Assembly: GCA_048625195.1 (NCBI GenBank)
Contig: JBMCRE010000003.1
Location: forward strand, 5,341-69,340
Direction of reading: 5' to 3'
Length of the DNA stretch: 64,000 nucleotides
Source of the DNA: Nanobdellota archaeon
GTDB taxonomy: Archaea > Nanobdellota > Nanobdellia > Woesearchaeales > UBA583
The first letter of the stretch is position 1. The number at the start of each line of letters is the position of its first letter. The position numbers and the translations under genes are program-made. Of this stretch, positions 46,854-57,158 are shown one piece after another. Below the pieces are notes generated by a model. That model made no database searches and had not been told where the DNA came from. It saw nothing but the letters and a program-made list of their open reading frames with translations.

Positions 46854-47642
46854 ATGAATTTAATTAAAAAAAGTAAGTTATATAAATTAAATTATACATT
46901 ATCATATAATATGGAGAGAAAAACAAAAGAATTAGTAGAAGAAATTTTATATAAAATTGGCTTAAATAAAAATGAGGTGACAATATATCTTGATCTTATA
47001 CAATATAATTTATCATCTGCTGTAGATATTTCTAAAAGAACTTCTTTACATAGAACAAATATTTATGACTCTTTAAGACAATTGGTTACAATGGGATTTG
47101 TCTATGAAAATATTAATAATAATTTAAAGTTATATTATGCTGTTGAACCAACTAAAATTAAAACTTATATTGATGAACAATCAAAACAATTTATGAAATT
47201 ACTTCCTGAATTAACAAATATAAATCAAAAACAATCAAATGAAAATATATTTCTTTGTTCAACAGGAAATTTTTCAGCAAAACAAGAAATCATTCAATTA
47301 ATACAACAAGAAAATGAGGTAATGATTTTTGGGTTATCATTTCATTTATTTGAAAAAATAGGTATAGGATTTACTTCAAAATTTATTAATACAATTAAAA
47401 AGAATGAAAATAAGGTAAAAATCATATTTAATAATAATCAAGATAAAACAAAAATAAGAGGTAAATATATAGAAACTAAAGTATATGATGATAAAAATCT
47501 TAAATCAGTATTTTTTATTTCTAAAAATTTAATAATAATAATTGTAAATGACACTCCTGTAAAAGTTTTAAAGATAAAAGATTCTGATGTTGGATATTCT
47601 TATAAAAAATTTTTTGAAATAATGTGGGAAAATGTAAAATAG
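46854..47642 (+). CDS. TrmB family transcriptional regulator
   Basis: N-terminal wHTH LYKIGLNKNEVTIYLDLIQYNLSSAVDISKRTSLHRTNIYDSLRQLVTMGFV. Size and C-terminal domain are as in TrmB-like proteins. Confidence 0.7.
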   Translation: MNLIKKSKLYKLNYTLSYNMERKTKELVEEILYKIGLNKNEVTIYLDLIQYNLSSAVDISKRTSLHRTNIYDSLRQLVTMGFVYENINNNLKLYYAVEPTKIKTYIDEQSKQFMKLLPELTNINQKQSNENIFLCSTGNFSAKQEIIQLIQQENEVMIFGLSFHLFEKIGIGFTSKFINTIKKNENKVKIIFNNNQDKTKIRGKYIETKVYDDKNLKSVFFISKNLIIIIVNDTPVKVLKIKDSDVGYSYKKFFEIMWENVK

Positions 47643-47706
47643 TTTGATTTTTGTTGTTATATTTTATTACAATTTTTATTTTAAAAGTTATTAATAAGTT
47701 TAAAAT

Positions 47707-47821
47707 ATTTCATATCCTTTTTTAATTATTTTTTTATTGTAGTTATTGGATATTTTAGCTCTATTAATATTATTAAAAAAAGACCTCTTGAGTATATAAG
47801 AGAAAATAATGTGGAATGATT
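47707..47821 (+). repeat. 115-bp direct repeat, copy 2
   Basis: See 43426..43540. Confidence 0.9.
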
Positions 47822-47897
47822 ATTTAGTTGAGTATGTGAAAATATTATGATAATATAAATTTTAATTTTTTTAAATGTTTTTAGTATGTGAATTTAT

Positions 47898-48680
47898 ATG
47901 CAATCGGTAATCAGTTTTTTAAAAAAATACTTCTTAATATTTAACACTATGGTAAATATAAAAAATATGATAGCAGTTTTTTTAGTCATATCTGTTATTC
48001 TTTTTACAGGGTGCAGTTCAATACAACAAGATACTAATGTGGAAGAATATGATGATTTTGAATCTGACAATACAGATGATAATAACAATGATTTTGAATC
48101 TGAAAATACAGATGATAATAATATACCTAATCAACAAGAAAATGATATTTTAGCAACAGTTAATAATGAAGAGATAACATCAGAGGAAGTTGTAGTTATT
48201 CAACAATCATTATCACAACAAGGTGAAGAAATTTCTCAAGATGATGCACTTGAACAAGTAATAAATCAAAAAGTGCTTGAACAAAAAGTTGAAGAAGAAA
48301 ATATTGTTGTTGAAACTCAAGAAGCAGAGTCTGCAATTGAACAACAACTTCAGATGCAAGGTGCAACATTAGATGATTATAAAGAGCAAATGGAATCTCA
48401 AGGAATTTCTTATGAAAAAGAATTAGAAAATATAAAGAAACAAATAGCATCTCAAAATTTTTTAGAAACTCAACTTGAAGGACAATCATTTAATGTAACT
48501 CAAGAAGAAGCTCAAAATTTTTATGAAATGTATAAAACACAGTCTACTGATGAAGAGATTCCTCCATTTGAAGAATTAGAACAACAAATAATTGCAACAT
48601 TAGAACAAGAAAAAGAACAAGAAGCAATAGCTAAGATTATTGAAGAACTTAGAAAAACTATTGATATTGAATATAAATAA
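47898..48680 (+). CDS. Secreted, very acidic Gln/Glu-rich protein with a lipobox-like signal and a SurA_N-like region
   Basis: Signal-like MIAVFLVISVILFTGCSS, then ATVNNEEITSEEV..., as at the start of SurA N-terminal-type chaperone domains. The minus-strand ORFs 47894..48088 and 48196..48489 are shadows. Confidence 0.45.
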   Translation: MQSVISFLKKYFLIFNTMVNIKNMIAVFLVISVILFTGCSSIQQDTNVEEYDDFESDNTDDNNNDFESENTDDNNIPNQQENDILATVNNEEITSEEVVVIQQSLSQQGEEISQDDALEQVINQKVLEQKVEEENIVVETQEAESAIEQQLQMQGATLDDYKEQMESQGISYEKELENIKKQIASQNFLETQLEGQSFNVTQEEAQNFYEMYKTQSTDEEIPPFEELEQQIIATLEQEKEQEAIAKIIEELRKTIDIEYK

Positions 48681-48895
48681 TTTTTTATATTAAAAAATTA
48701 AATATTTTAATTTTTTTAATTTTTATCTAAATTTTTAGTTACGAAATTTTATAAATTTTTATACTATAAATTAATTTAAATTTTTATAAAATAATAAGAA
48801 TTAATAAAAATTAATTAAACAAAAAACAAAAAATATTTTTTAACACTAAATTTAAATAACAAATTATTAAAAAGTGTAAATAAAATAAAATTATT

Positions 48896-49795
48896 ATGAG
48901 TATAGAAAAAGGAAATATTAATGAAAAAAATATTAATAAATTTAAAAAGATTAAAAAAGTTGATAATATAAATAAATTAAAAATTATTGCATTAAATATT
49001 AGAAAAGATATTATTAATATGTTGTATTTAGCAAAGAGTGGACATACTGCAGGTTCTTTAGGATTAGCAGATATATTTACAGTGCTGTATTTTGATAAAT
49101 TAAATCATAAACCTAAAAATCCTCAATATTCTAAAAGAGATTTTGTAATATTATCTAATGGTCATGTTTGTCCTGTTTTATATTCTGTTTTAGCAAGAAG
49201 TGGTTATTTTAAATTGGATGAATTGAAAAAATTAAGGAAAAAAAAATCATTACTTCAAGGACATCCACATAAAAATTTAAATATTGGTATAGAAAATAGT
49301 TCTGGACCATTAGGACAAGGAATTTCTCAAGCAGTAGGATTAGCTGTATCTTTGAAAAGAGATAATAAAAAGAATAAAGTTTATACAATAGTTGGTGATG
49401 GAGAATTGCAAGAAGGACAAGTTTGGGAATCTTTTATGTTTGCAAGTAAAGAAAAATTAGATAATTTGATAGTAATGATTGATAGAAATAATATACAAAT
49501 TAGTGGAAGTACTGATGATGTTTGTAGTTTAGAACCATTATCAAAGAAAATTAATTCATTTGGTTTTTCTACTATTAATATTGATGGGAATAATATATCA
49601 CAAATTCAACATGCAATAGATTATGCTTTAAAAATTAAAGATAAACCTGTTTGTATTATTGCAAATACTATTGCAGGTAAAGGTGTATCTTTTATTGAAA
49701 GTAATTATCAATGGCATGGTAGAGTTCCTAAAGGTGAAGAAAAAGAATTGGCAATTAAAGAGTTAAATAAAAAAATTAAAGAGGTGAATGAATAA
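48896..49795 (+). CDS. Transketolase, N-terminal subunit
   Basis: SGHTAGSLGLADIFTVLYF, LSNGHVCPVLYSVLA, GPLGQGISQAVG and GDGELQEGQVWE. Confidence 0.85.
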   Translation: MSIEKGNINEKNINKFKKIKKVDNINKLKIIALNIRKDIINMLYLAKSGHTAGSLGLADIFTVLYFDKLNHKPKNPQYSKRDFVILSNGHVCPVLYSVLARSGYFKLDELKKLRKKKSLLQGHPHKNLNIGIENSSGPLGQGISQAVGLAVSLKRDNKKNKVYTIVGDGELQEGQVWESFMFASKEKLDNLIVMIDRNNIQISGSTDDVCSLEPLSKKINSFGFSTINIDGNNISQIQHAIDYALKIKDKPVCIIANTIAGKGVSFIESNYQWHGRVPKGEEKELAIKELNKKIKEVNE

Positions 49796-50913
49796 TGCTT
49801 AAAAAACCAGTTTCTTCTAGATTAGAAGAAAGAGAAGAATCTAAAAAAAACGAAAATATTATTAAAAAAAAATTTAAAAAAAAGTTAGTTAAAAGTGTTG
49901 AAGATAATAAAAAAATAGTTTATAAAACTCAAAATAAAAAAGAAAAAATAATAAAAAAATCTTATATTGATAAACTTGATATTAATTCTTTTGGTTCTAT
50001 TAGAGAAGGATTTTCAAAGGGTTTAATGGAATTAGGTAAATTAAATAAAGATGTTGTTGTTTTATCTGCTGATTTAGCAAGTTCTGTTAAAGTTGCTGAT
50101 TTTGCAAAAAAGTATCCTAAAAGATTTTTTGAATTTGGAATTGCTGAACAGAATATGATGAGTGCAAGTGCTGGAATGTGTTTGAATAATAAAATACCTT
50201 TTGTAACATCTTATGCTGTTTTTAATCCTGGTAGAAATTGGGATCAAGTAAGAGTAAGTGTTTGTTATTCTAATGCAAATATTAAAATATTTGGTTCACA
50301 TGCTGGATTATTAACTGGAGCAGATGGGGCAACTCATCAGGCATTAGAAGATATTGCAATAACAAAAGTTTTAGCAAATATGTGTGTAATTTCTCCATGT
50401 GATGAAGAAGAGATGAGAAAAGCAGTAATTGAGAGTGTAAAGTATAATGGACCTGTTTATTTAAGAGGTGTTAGAGAAAATTCTTTAAATATTACAAATA
50501 AAAATACTAAATTTGAAATAGGAAAGTCAAATGTATTAGACAAAGGAGATGACTTATTAATAGTTTCTTGTGGAATTTGTGTTAGATTTGCACTTGAGGC
50601 TAAACGAGAATTATTAAAATTAGGAATAGATTCAACTGTTTTAAACATGCATACAATTAAACCTGTTGATGAACATAATCTTTTAAAATATGCAAAAAAA
50701 TGTAAAAAAGTTATTACTATTGAAGATCATCAAGTTATTGGTGGACTTGGAAGTAGTGTTTGTGATGTTTTATCTGAAAAATGTCCTGTAAGAGTTGAAA
50801 AAATTGGAATGAATGATAAATTTGGTGAGAGTGGAGAAGGGTATAACTTATTAGAAAAATATAATATATCTACAAAAGAAATAATTAAAAGAGCAAAAAA
50901 ATTGGTGAAATGA
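49795..50913 (+). CDS. Transketolase, C-terminal subunit, with a Lys-rich N-terminal extension
   Basis: SIREGFSKGLMELGK, FEFGIAEQNMMSASAGM and GATHQALEDIAI. The start overlaps the upstream stop (TAATG). The first ~65 residues are extra and Lys-rich. Confidence 0.8.
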   Translation: MLKKPVSSRLEEREESKKNENIIKKKFKKKLVKSVEDNKKIVYKTQNKKEKIIKKSYIDKLDINSFGSIREGFSKGLMELGKLNKDVVVLSADLASSVKVADFAKKYPKRFFEFGIAEQNMMSASAGMCLNNKIPFVTSYAVFNPGRNWDQVRVSVCYSNANIKIFGSHAGLLTGADGATHQALEDIAITKVLANMCVISPCDEEEMRKAVIESVKYNGPVYLRGVRENSLNITNKNTKFEIGKSNVLDKGDDLLIVSCGICVRFALEAKRELLKLGIDSTVLNMHTIKPVDEHNLLKYAKKCKKVITIEDHQVIGGLGSSVCDVLSEKCPVRVEKIGMNDKFGESGEGYNLLEKYNISTKEIIKRAKKLVK

Positions 50914-50916
50914 TTT

Positions 50917-51462
50917 TTATTTAGAATATTTATTAATTAGAGTTTTTACATAGTTTTCTTTATTTTCAAAATGTTTTGTAGTAAAAAATTCTACATAATA
51001 TTTTTTTAAATTATAATTATTATTTTTTTCTAAGTCTATTTTAAAACAATCATTATTAAACTTTTCAAATATATTTTTTGTTTTTTGAAAATCTTCTAAA
51101 CAATATACATTTTGTTTGAAGTTTGTAAATATATTAATTTGGTTATTTAATAAACAAACTCTACTTTCTAGCTTTAAGTTTAAATTATTTATATTTAAGA
51201 ATTTTACTTCATAAAATGGAATTTTGACTTTATTTTTAATGTTTTTTTGTGATTTCAAAGTATTTTTATTGTTACCCATATATATTAAATTATTATCTAC
51301 AGCAAAATGTAGCATTTTTGATGCTAAGTGATATAATTGTAAATATTGATTTTTGTAATTAGGATTATGATTTAATAATTTTACATTTGTATAACCACTA
51401 AATTTTGATGTTTTGTAATGAAAAAATATTTGTGATTGTTCTAATTTGAATTTTTGATTCAT
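50917..51462 (-). CDS. Hypothetical protein
   Basis: 181-aa ORF with no recognisable family. Asn/Lys-rich. Confidence 0.4.
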   Translation of the reverse strand: MNQKFKLEQSQIFFHYKTSKFSGYTNVKLLNHNPNYKNQYLQLYHLASKMLHFAVDNNLIYMGNNKNTLKSQKNIKNKVKIPFYEVKFLNINNLNLKLESRVCLLNNQINIFTNFKQNVYCLEDFQKTKNIFEKFNNDCFKIDLEKNNNYNLKKYYVEFFTTKHFENKENYVKTLINKYSK

Positions 51463-51520
51463 AATTCATAAAAATTAGTTTGATTTTATAAACTATTTTA
51501 TTTGATAACAAATAATATAA

Positions 51521-52138
51521 ATGTTTAATGATATTTTATTTTATATGGAAATAAAAAGTTTAATATTGATATTAATGATTCCTATTATAAGTGCTTTTAT
51601 TGGATGGTTGACAAACTTTATAGCAATAAAATCATTGTTTAGACCAGTAGAGAAAATTAATATATTAGGTGTAAAATTTCAAGGTTTAATTCCTAAAAGA
51701 AAAAGAGATTTAGCTGTTAATATATCAGAAGTAGTAGAAGAATATTTTTTGTCTCATGAAGATATTAAAGAATCATTGGAAAAACCATCTAATATTAATA
51801 AAATTAAAAGGAAAATACTTCCTATTTTGGAGAGTAAAATTTTAGAAAAAATCCCTTTAATGTTTCAAGTAATTGCAAAACCAATTATAAAAAAAACGCT
51901 TGAGAGTGAAATTGATAGTGTTATTTTAAAGATTAATGACGAAATAATAAATCATGCCTTTGAAGTTATAGATATAAAGAAGATTATAGTTGATAAAATA
52001 AAAGATTATGATATTGATGAACTTGAAAGGATAACTTATAAGATTGCTAAAAAAGAGTTAAAACATATAGAATATTTAGGTGCAATAATTGGTTTTATTT
52101 TAGGTTTGACTCAAGTATTTATTGCAATATTATTATGA
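51521..52138 (+). CDS. DUF445 family membrane protein
   Basis: IGWLTNFIAIKSLFRPVEKINILGVKFQGLIPKRKRDLA at the N-terminus and LGAIIGFILGL at the C-terminus are typical of DUF445/YheB-like proteins. Confidence 0.6.
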   Translation: MFNDILFYMEIKSLILILMIPIISAFIGWLTNFIAIKSLFRPVEKINILGVKFQGLIPKRKRDLAVNISEVVEEYFLSHEDIKESLEKPSNINKIKRKILPILESKILEKIPLMFQVIAKPIIKKTLESEIDSVILKINDEIINHAFEVIDIKKIIVDKIKDYDIDELERITYKIAKKELKHIEYLGAIIGFILGLTQVFIAILL

Positions 52139-52188
52139 TTTATTATTTTTAAGTGAAATTATAAAGATAAATTTTTTATTAATTATTA

Positions 52189-53142
52189 TTATAGATTTTC
52201 TTTTTTGATATATTCAATAATACCATACAATGATATTTCATAATCTATTATAATATATATTGGAATATTTTTTAATAATAATGAATAAGTATCATTTTTT
52301 GTAAATTCTTTAAGAAAATCTTTTTTTGAAATTTTTTGATTTTTTGTAATAATGCCACCTGCAATGTAAATTCCACCTAAGGCTAATTCAGATATTGCAT
52401 AATTTTTAATAACTCTTGCATAAAATTTAAAAAATAAATTAAATGTTTTTTTGGCATTTTTATCGATGTTTTTTAATTCAAATATTTTTTCAGGGGGTAA
52501 TTTTTTATTTGTGAAAAATTCATAAATGTTTTGAATACCTTTTCCAGATACTAAATCTTCTTCTTGAATATTTTTTTTGTTATATTTATTTTTAATAAAT
52601 TGAGTAAGTTTTAGTTCCTCTTGATTGTGTATAGAAAAATCTTTATGTCCTGCTTCTGATTCTTTTATGATATAAGAATTATTTTGTTTATTATAAATTA
52701 AAGTTGCAAAACCTAATCCGGTTCCAGCACCTACAACTATTTTGTTATCATGATTATTTTTATTATTTTTTACTTTATTTATTATTTTGATTTGTTTAGG
52801 ATTTATATTTTCAATTGTATTTGCAATTGCATAAAAGTCGTTTATTATTATTATTTTTTCAAATAAGAATTTTTGTTTTATTTTGTTAATATTAACATTA
52901 ATATTACTATTGGTTAGTTTAATATTGTTATTATTTTTAATATTTCCTGCAATACTTAATATACAAATTTGTATTTGGAATATATTATTTTTAAAAAATT
53001 GAGCGATGATTTCTTCAATATCTTTAAAGTTATTTGTTTTAAAAGTTTTTTTTTTTATGATTTTAAAATTATTCTTTTTATCAATAATTGCAAGAGTGGA
53101 GTTTGTTCCACATATATCTCCAATTAAGTATTGTATTGTCAT
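52189..53142 (-). CDS. glk: Glucokinase (bacterial Glk-type, PF02685-like)
   Basis: LIGDICGTNSTLAII N-terminus (DiGGTN pattern), VVGAGTGLGFA, EAGHKDF and GGIYIAGGI. Confidence 0.55.
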   Translation of the reverse strand: MTIQYLIGDICGTNSTLAIIDKKNNFKIIKKKTFKTNNFKDIEEIIAQFFKNNIFQIQICILSIAGNIKNNNNIKLTNSNINVNINKIKQKFLFEKIIIINDFYAIANTIENINPKQIKIINKVKNNKNNHDNKIVVGAGTGLGFATLIYNKQNNSYIIKESEAGHKDFSIHNQEELKLTQFIKNKYNKKNIQEEDLVSGKGIQNIYEFFTNKKLPPEKIFELKNIDKNAKKTFNLFFKFYARVIKNYAISELALGGIYIAGGIITKNQKISKKDFLKEFTKNDTYSLLLKNIPIYIIIDYEISLYGIIEYIKKENL

Positions 53143-53228
53143 TTATTATATTTTGTTTGGATAATTTATAAAGGTTATTGAAAATTGCTATGTTTAAACT
53201 AAAATATTAAAAAAGTGCAAATATTTTA

Positions 53229-53330
53229 GATACTCAAACTGCTATTAATTTAGATATATTAAAAGAATTTAATAAAGCAAAATTAAATATGGCATTTCCT
53301 ACTCAAACTATTGAATTGTTAAAAAAATAA
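53229..53330 (+). pseudogene. 33-codon remnant resembling the C-terminus of an MscS-family mechanosensitive channel
   Basis: DTQTAINLDILKEFNKAKLNMAFPTQTIELLKK then a stop, preceded by an in-frame TAG. The ...I.FPtQtv.l ending is typical of MscS proteins. Confidence 0.35.
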
Positions 53331-53350
53331 ATATCATATATTTGTATTTT

Positions 53351-56300
53351 TTATAATAATTTTTTTAAAAATTGTCCTGTATAACTTTTTGTATATTTAA
53401 TTAATTCTTCAGGAGTTCCTTTTGCTATAATTTCTCCACCATTTTCTCCACCTTCATATCCTAAATCTATAATATAATCGCAACTTTTTATTACATCTAA
53501 ATTGTGTTCAATTACAAATACACTATTCCCTTTATCTACTAATCTATTTAAAACTTGTATTAATTTATTTACATCTTCGAAATGTAATCCAGTTGTAGGT
53601 TCGTCTAAAATATATATTGTGTGTCCTCTTTTAAATTTAGCAAGTTCTTTTGTAAGTTTAATTCTTTGTGATTCTCCTCCAGATAGAGTAGTTGCTGGTT
53701 GTCCTAATTTAATATAACTTAAACCAACATCATATAGCGTTTGTAATTTTCTTTTAATACTTTTGTGATTGTCAAAAAATTCAAGAGCAGTTTCTACATC
53801 CATATTTAATACATCGGATATATTTTTTCCTTTGTATGTGATTTCTAAAGTATCTTTATTATATCTTTTTCCTTTACATTCTTCACATTCAACATATACA
53901 TCTGGTAAAAAGTTCATTTCAATTTTTATAACTCCATCTCCTCTACAATTTTCACATCTACCTCCATGAACATTAAATGAAAATCTTCCTGGTAGGTATC
54001 CACGAATTTTTGATTCTTTTGTTTGTGAAAAAATTGTTCTAATATCATCAAAAATTTTGGTATATGTTGCAGGATTAGATCTAGGAGATTTTCCAATAGG
54101 ATCTTGGTCTATTACTACAATATTTGTAACTGAATCAGGAATGGTTATTTTATCGTATTTTCCAACTTTTTCATTTACTAAAGAGAAATGTTCTCTTATT
54201 GCACCAACTAAAGTTTGATTTATCAGAGTACTTTTTCCTGAACCAGATACACCTGTAATTCCACATAAGATATTTAAAGGAAATTTAACATTTAAATTTT
54301 TCAAATTATTTTCTTTTGCTCCTTCTAAAATTATGTAATTTTTTGCAAAACTTCTTCTATAAATTTTATCGTAAATTTTTTCCCAACTATAAAATTTAAT
54401 AATTTGATTATTCTCCTTAATAGATTTATTCCATGGCTTATCTAGTGTTAAAAATAAAGTTTTGTTATTTTCAATTTTTTTTATAGGATTTTTAAAATCA
54501 TCTATTAAAAAATCAAGTTCAAATTCTTTAGTTATAGCAGTTTTAGTTTTTGAAAATGTTTTTTCTATAAATATTATTTCTTCAAAGGTATTTTTAGAAA
54601 ATTCTTTATTAATCCAACTTATAGTTTCTGTGTAAAACTCTTCTTTTCTTGATGTTATAATATATAATTTATGTCCATCTTTTTTTAATTGTTTAATGTA
54701 TTGTTTAATATTATCATTTATTGTAAAGTTTGAAATATTTTTTTTATAATTATTATTATATTCTTTTTTTATTTCTTTTGGTTTTATTCCAATTGTATTT
54801 TTAAATTCCCAATCATAAATTGTATTATAATTTATATTTGTGAATTTAAAAGTATTAATTAATATATCATCAATCTCTATTCCTATATTGAATTTTTTAT
54901 TCTCTCTATTACCTATAGTTCTTCTTGTATTAGGTGTTTGAATACTTTTTTTTTTTGATAAATATTGTCCAGTTAGAGATTTTGAATTATTGGAAATTTC
55001 TTTTGGAGTTCCAATAGCTGTTATATGTCCACCATGTATTCCTGCACCAGGACCAATGTCTATAATATAATCACTTTCTTTCATAGTGTCTTCATCGTGT
55101 TCGACAACTATTAGTGTATTTCCTATATCTCTTAACTGTTTTAATGTTTGAATTAATTTTGTATTATCTTTTTGATGTAATCCAATTGAAGGTTCATCTA
55201 AAACATATAAAACTCCTGTTAAATTTGAGCCTATTTGAGTTGCAAGTCTAATTCTTTGTGCTTCTCCACCTGACAGTGTTCCTGCGTTTCTTGACATTGT
55301 TAAATATCCTAAACCTACATTATTTAAGAAAGATAATCTATCATCGATCTCTTTTAAAACTTGTTTTGCAATAAATAATTCTTTTTGAGTTAATTTGCTT
55401 GGTAATTTTTCAAAAAATTCTTTAGATTTTTGTATAGATAAATCAGTTATATCAATTATAGACTTATTATCTATTTTTACAGCAAGTATTGTATCTTTTA
55501 ATCTTTTTCCTTTACATGTAGGACAAGGTTGCATAATAAAAAATTTTTCTAATTTGTTTTTTCTATATTCAGAATCTGTTTGATTAAATAATCTTTGTGT
55601 TTGTGGAATAATCCCTTCCCATTGTGTATAAACATTTGATGGATCTGTTCCATACAATAATATATTTTTTTGTTTATCTGTTAATTTTTTAATTGGAGTA
55701 AATACATCAAAATTATATTTTTTAAATATACCTGATAGTTGTTTTACTCTCCATGAAAAATCCATTTTTCCATAAACTGCAATTGCTCCTTGCATAATTG
55801 ATTTGTTTTCATCTGGAATTATTAATTTTTCAGATATGATCATTTGTTCTCCTATTCCTAAGCAAGTAGGGCATGCTCCAAATGGTGAATTAAAGGAAAA
55901 CATTCGAGGTTCTAATTGTTCAAATACTATTTCAGGGTGGTTAGGACAAGCTCCAAAAGTAGAATAAATAGTTTCTCCAAAACCTCTTTGTATATCTTTT
56001 TTGATTTTATTATTTGTTTTTTTTAATTTTTCTTCTTTTTCAATATCTAGGGTTATAAGCGTTCCTTTTCCAAATTTTAAAGCTTGTTCAACAGAGTCAG
56101 AAATTCTTTGTTTATCTTCATTTGAAATTTTAATTCTATCTATTACTACTTCTATATAATGTTTTTCATATCTTTTTAATTTAAGTTCTTCGTTTATATT
56201 ATCTAATTCATATATATTTTGATTAACTCTTACTTTTGAAAATCCTTCTTTTTTTAAATCTTCAAATATTTTTTCGTGTGTTCCTTTTTGTCCTCTTATA

Positions 56301-56761
56301 ATTGGAGCTAATATTATAAGTTTTTTATTTGATTCTAACATTATTAGTTGAGTTATGTTTTGAGCTGATTGAGGTTTTATTGGAGTATTACATTTAGGAC
56401 AATAAGATGTTCCTATTCTTGCAAATAGTAATCTTAAATAATCATAAATTTCTGTAACTGTTCCAACTGTAGATCTTGGATTTTTAGAAGTAGTTTTTTG
56501 CTCAATAGATATTGCAGGTGATAAACCATCTATTGAATCAACATCTGGTTTATTCATTAATCCTAAAAATTGTCTTGCATAAGCTGATAGAGATTCTACA
56601 TATCTTCGTTGTCCTTCAGCGTAAATTGTGTCAAATGCTAGTGTAGATTTTCCTGAACCTGATATACCAGTTATAACTACAAATTTATTTCTTGGTATAT
56701 CTACATCTATATTTTTTAAATTATGTTCTCTTGCTCCTTTAATTGTGATTTTATTTTTCAT
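53351..56761 (-). CDS. uvrA: Excinuclease ABC subunit UvrA with an inserted HAD/NT5C-like domain
   Basis: All UvrA landmarks are present: [82 protein letters not shown] and [12 protein letters not shown]. It is 1136 aa, versus a usual length of about 940. The extra block is at aa ~621-803 (nt 54353..54901). Confidence 0.9.
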   Translation of the reverse strand: MKNKITIKGAREHNLKNIDVDIPRNKFVVITGISGSGKSTLAFDTIYAEGQRRYVESLSAYARQFLGLMNKPDVDSIDGLSPAISIEQKTTSKNPRSTVGTVTEIYDYLRLLFARIGTSYCPKCNTPIKPQSAQNITQLIMLESNKKLIILAPIIRGQKGTHEKIFEDLKKEGFSKVRVNQNIYELDNINEELKLKRYEKHYIEVVIDRIKISNEDKQRISDSVEQALKFGKGTLITLDIEKEEKLKKTNNKIKKDIQRGFGETIYSTFGACPNHPEIVFEQLEPRMFSFNSPFGACPTCLGIGEQMIISEKLIIPDENKSIMQGAIAVYGKMDFSWRVKQLSGIFKKYNFDVFTPIKKLTDKQKNILLYGTDPSNVYTQWEGIIPQTQRLFNQTDSEYRKNKLEKFFIMQPCPTCKGKRLKDTILAVKIDNKSIIDITDLSIQKSKEFFEKLPSKLTQKELFIAKQVLKEIDDRLSFLNNVGLGYLTMSRNAGTLSGGEAQRIRLATQIGSNLTGVLYVLDEPSIGLHQKDNTKLIQTLKQLRDIGNTLIVVEHDEDTMKESDYIIDIGPGAGIHGGHITAIGTPKEISNNSKSLTGQYLSKKKSIQTPNTRRTIGNRENKKFNIGIEIDDILINTFKFTNINYNTIYDWEFKNTIGIKPKEIKKEYNNNYKKNISNFTINDNIKQYIKQLKKDGHKLYIITSRKEEFYTETISWINKEFSKNTFEEIIFIEKTFSKTKTAITKEFELDFLIDDFKNPIKKIENNKTLFLTLDKPWNKSIKENNQIIKFYSWEKIYDKIYRRSFAKNYIILEGAKENNLKNLNVKFPLNILCGITGVSGSGKSTLINQTLVGAIREHFSLVNEKVGKYDKITIPDSVTNIVVIDQDPIGKSPRSNPATYTKIFDDIRTIFSQTKESKIRGYLPGRFSFNVHGGRCENCRGDGVIKIEMNFLPDVYVECEECKGKRYNKDTLEITYKGKNISDVLNMDVETALEFFDNHKSIKRKLQTLYDVGLSYIKLGQPATTLSGGESQRIKLTKELAKFKRGHTIYILDEPTTGLHFEDVNKLIQVLNRLVDKGNSVFVIEHNLDVIKSCDYIIDLGYEGGENGGEIIAKGTPEELIKYTKSYTGQFLKKLL

Positions 56762-57023
56762 TTTTTAATTTTGTTGGAATTTCATATTATAAATAAAGAT
56801 TTAATTAATTGTTTATATCTGATATTATATAAAAACTATTTGTAAAGTTTGATGATGCATATAATATATAAAGTAGTAAAGAATATTAATTTATAAAATT
56901 AAGTTTGAAGTTATATTTTTTTTTAAAAAAATCTTTTCTAATAATTTGTTTTTATGGTATTTTAGTTATTAAAATTAAAATTGAATTAATTTTTTAATGA
57001 TCATTTTTTTTAGAAATATTTGG

Positions 57024-57152
57024 TTAAAAAATAAGGTGTTTTTTATCATCTAAATTGTTTTTTTCATATTCTAATCCATCAAAGAATATATTCCCAAATA
57101 CTATATTTTGACATGTGAATATAAGAATTAAAAAAAATAAAATTTTTTTCAT
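57024..57152 (-). CDS. Unannotated 42-aa secreted micro-protein
   Basis: I translated MKKILFFLILIFTCQNIVFGNIFFDGLEYEKNNLDDKKHLIF. It has a signal-like N-terminus and starts 6 nt after the stop of the upstream gene. Confidence 0.3.
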   Translation of the reverse strand: MKKILFFLILIFTCQNIVFGNIFFDGLEYEKNNLDDKKHLIF

Positions 57153-57158
57153 TTTTTT

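Noticed and set aside
54353-54901. The extra block in UvrA considered as an intein
   Set aside because: There is no Cys/Ser/Thr at the N-terminal junction, no His-Asn plus nucleophile at the C-terminal junction, and no Hint or homing-endonuclease motifs. The motif order fits a HAD fold instead.
53502-55583. Three short plus-strand ORFs (53502..53717, 53769..53969, 55395..55583)
   Set aside because: All are antisense to uvrA.
56841-56910. TGATGATG in the uvrA upstream spacer considered as the C box of a C/D-box sRNA
   Set aside because: There is no CTGA D box or C'/D' pair at a suitable distance.
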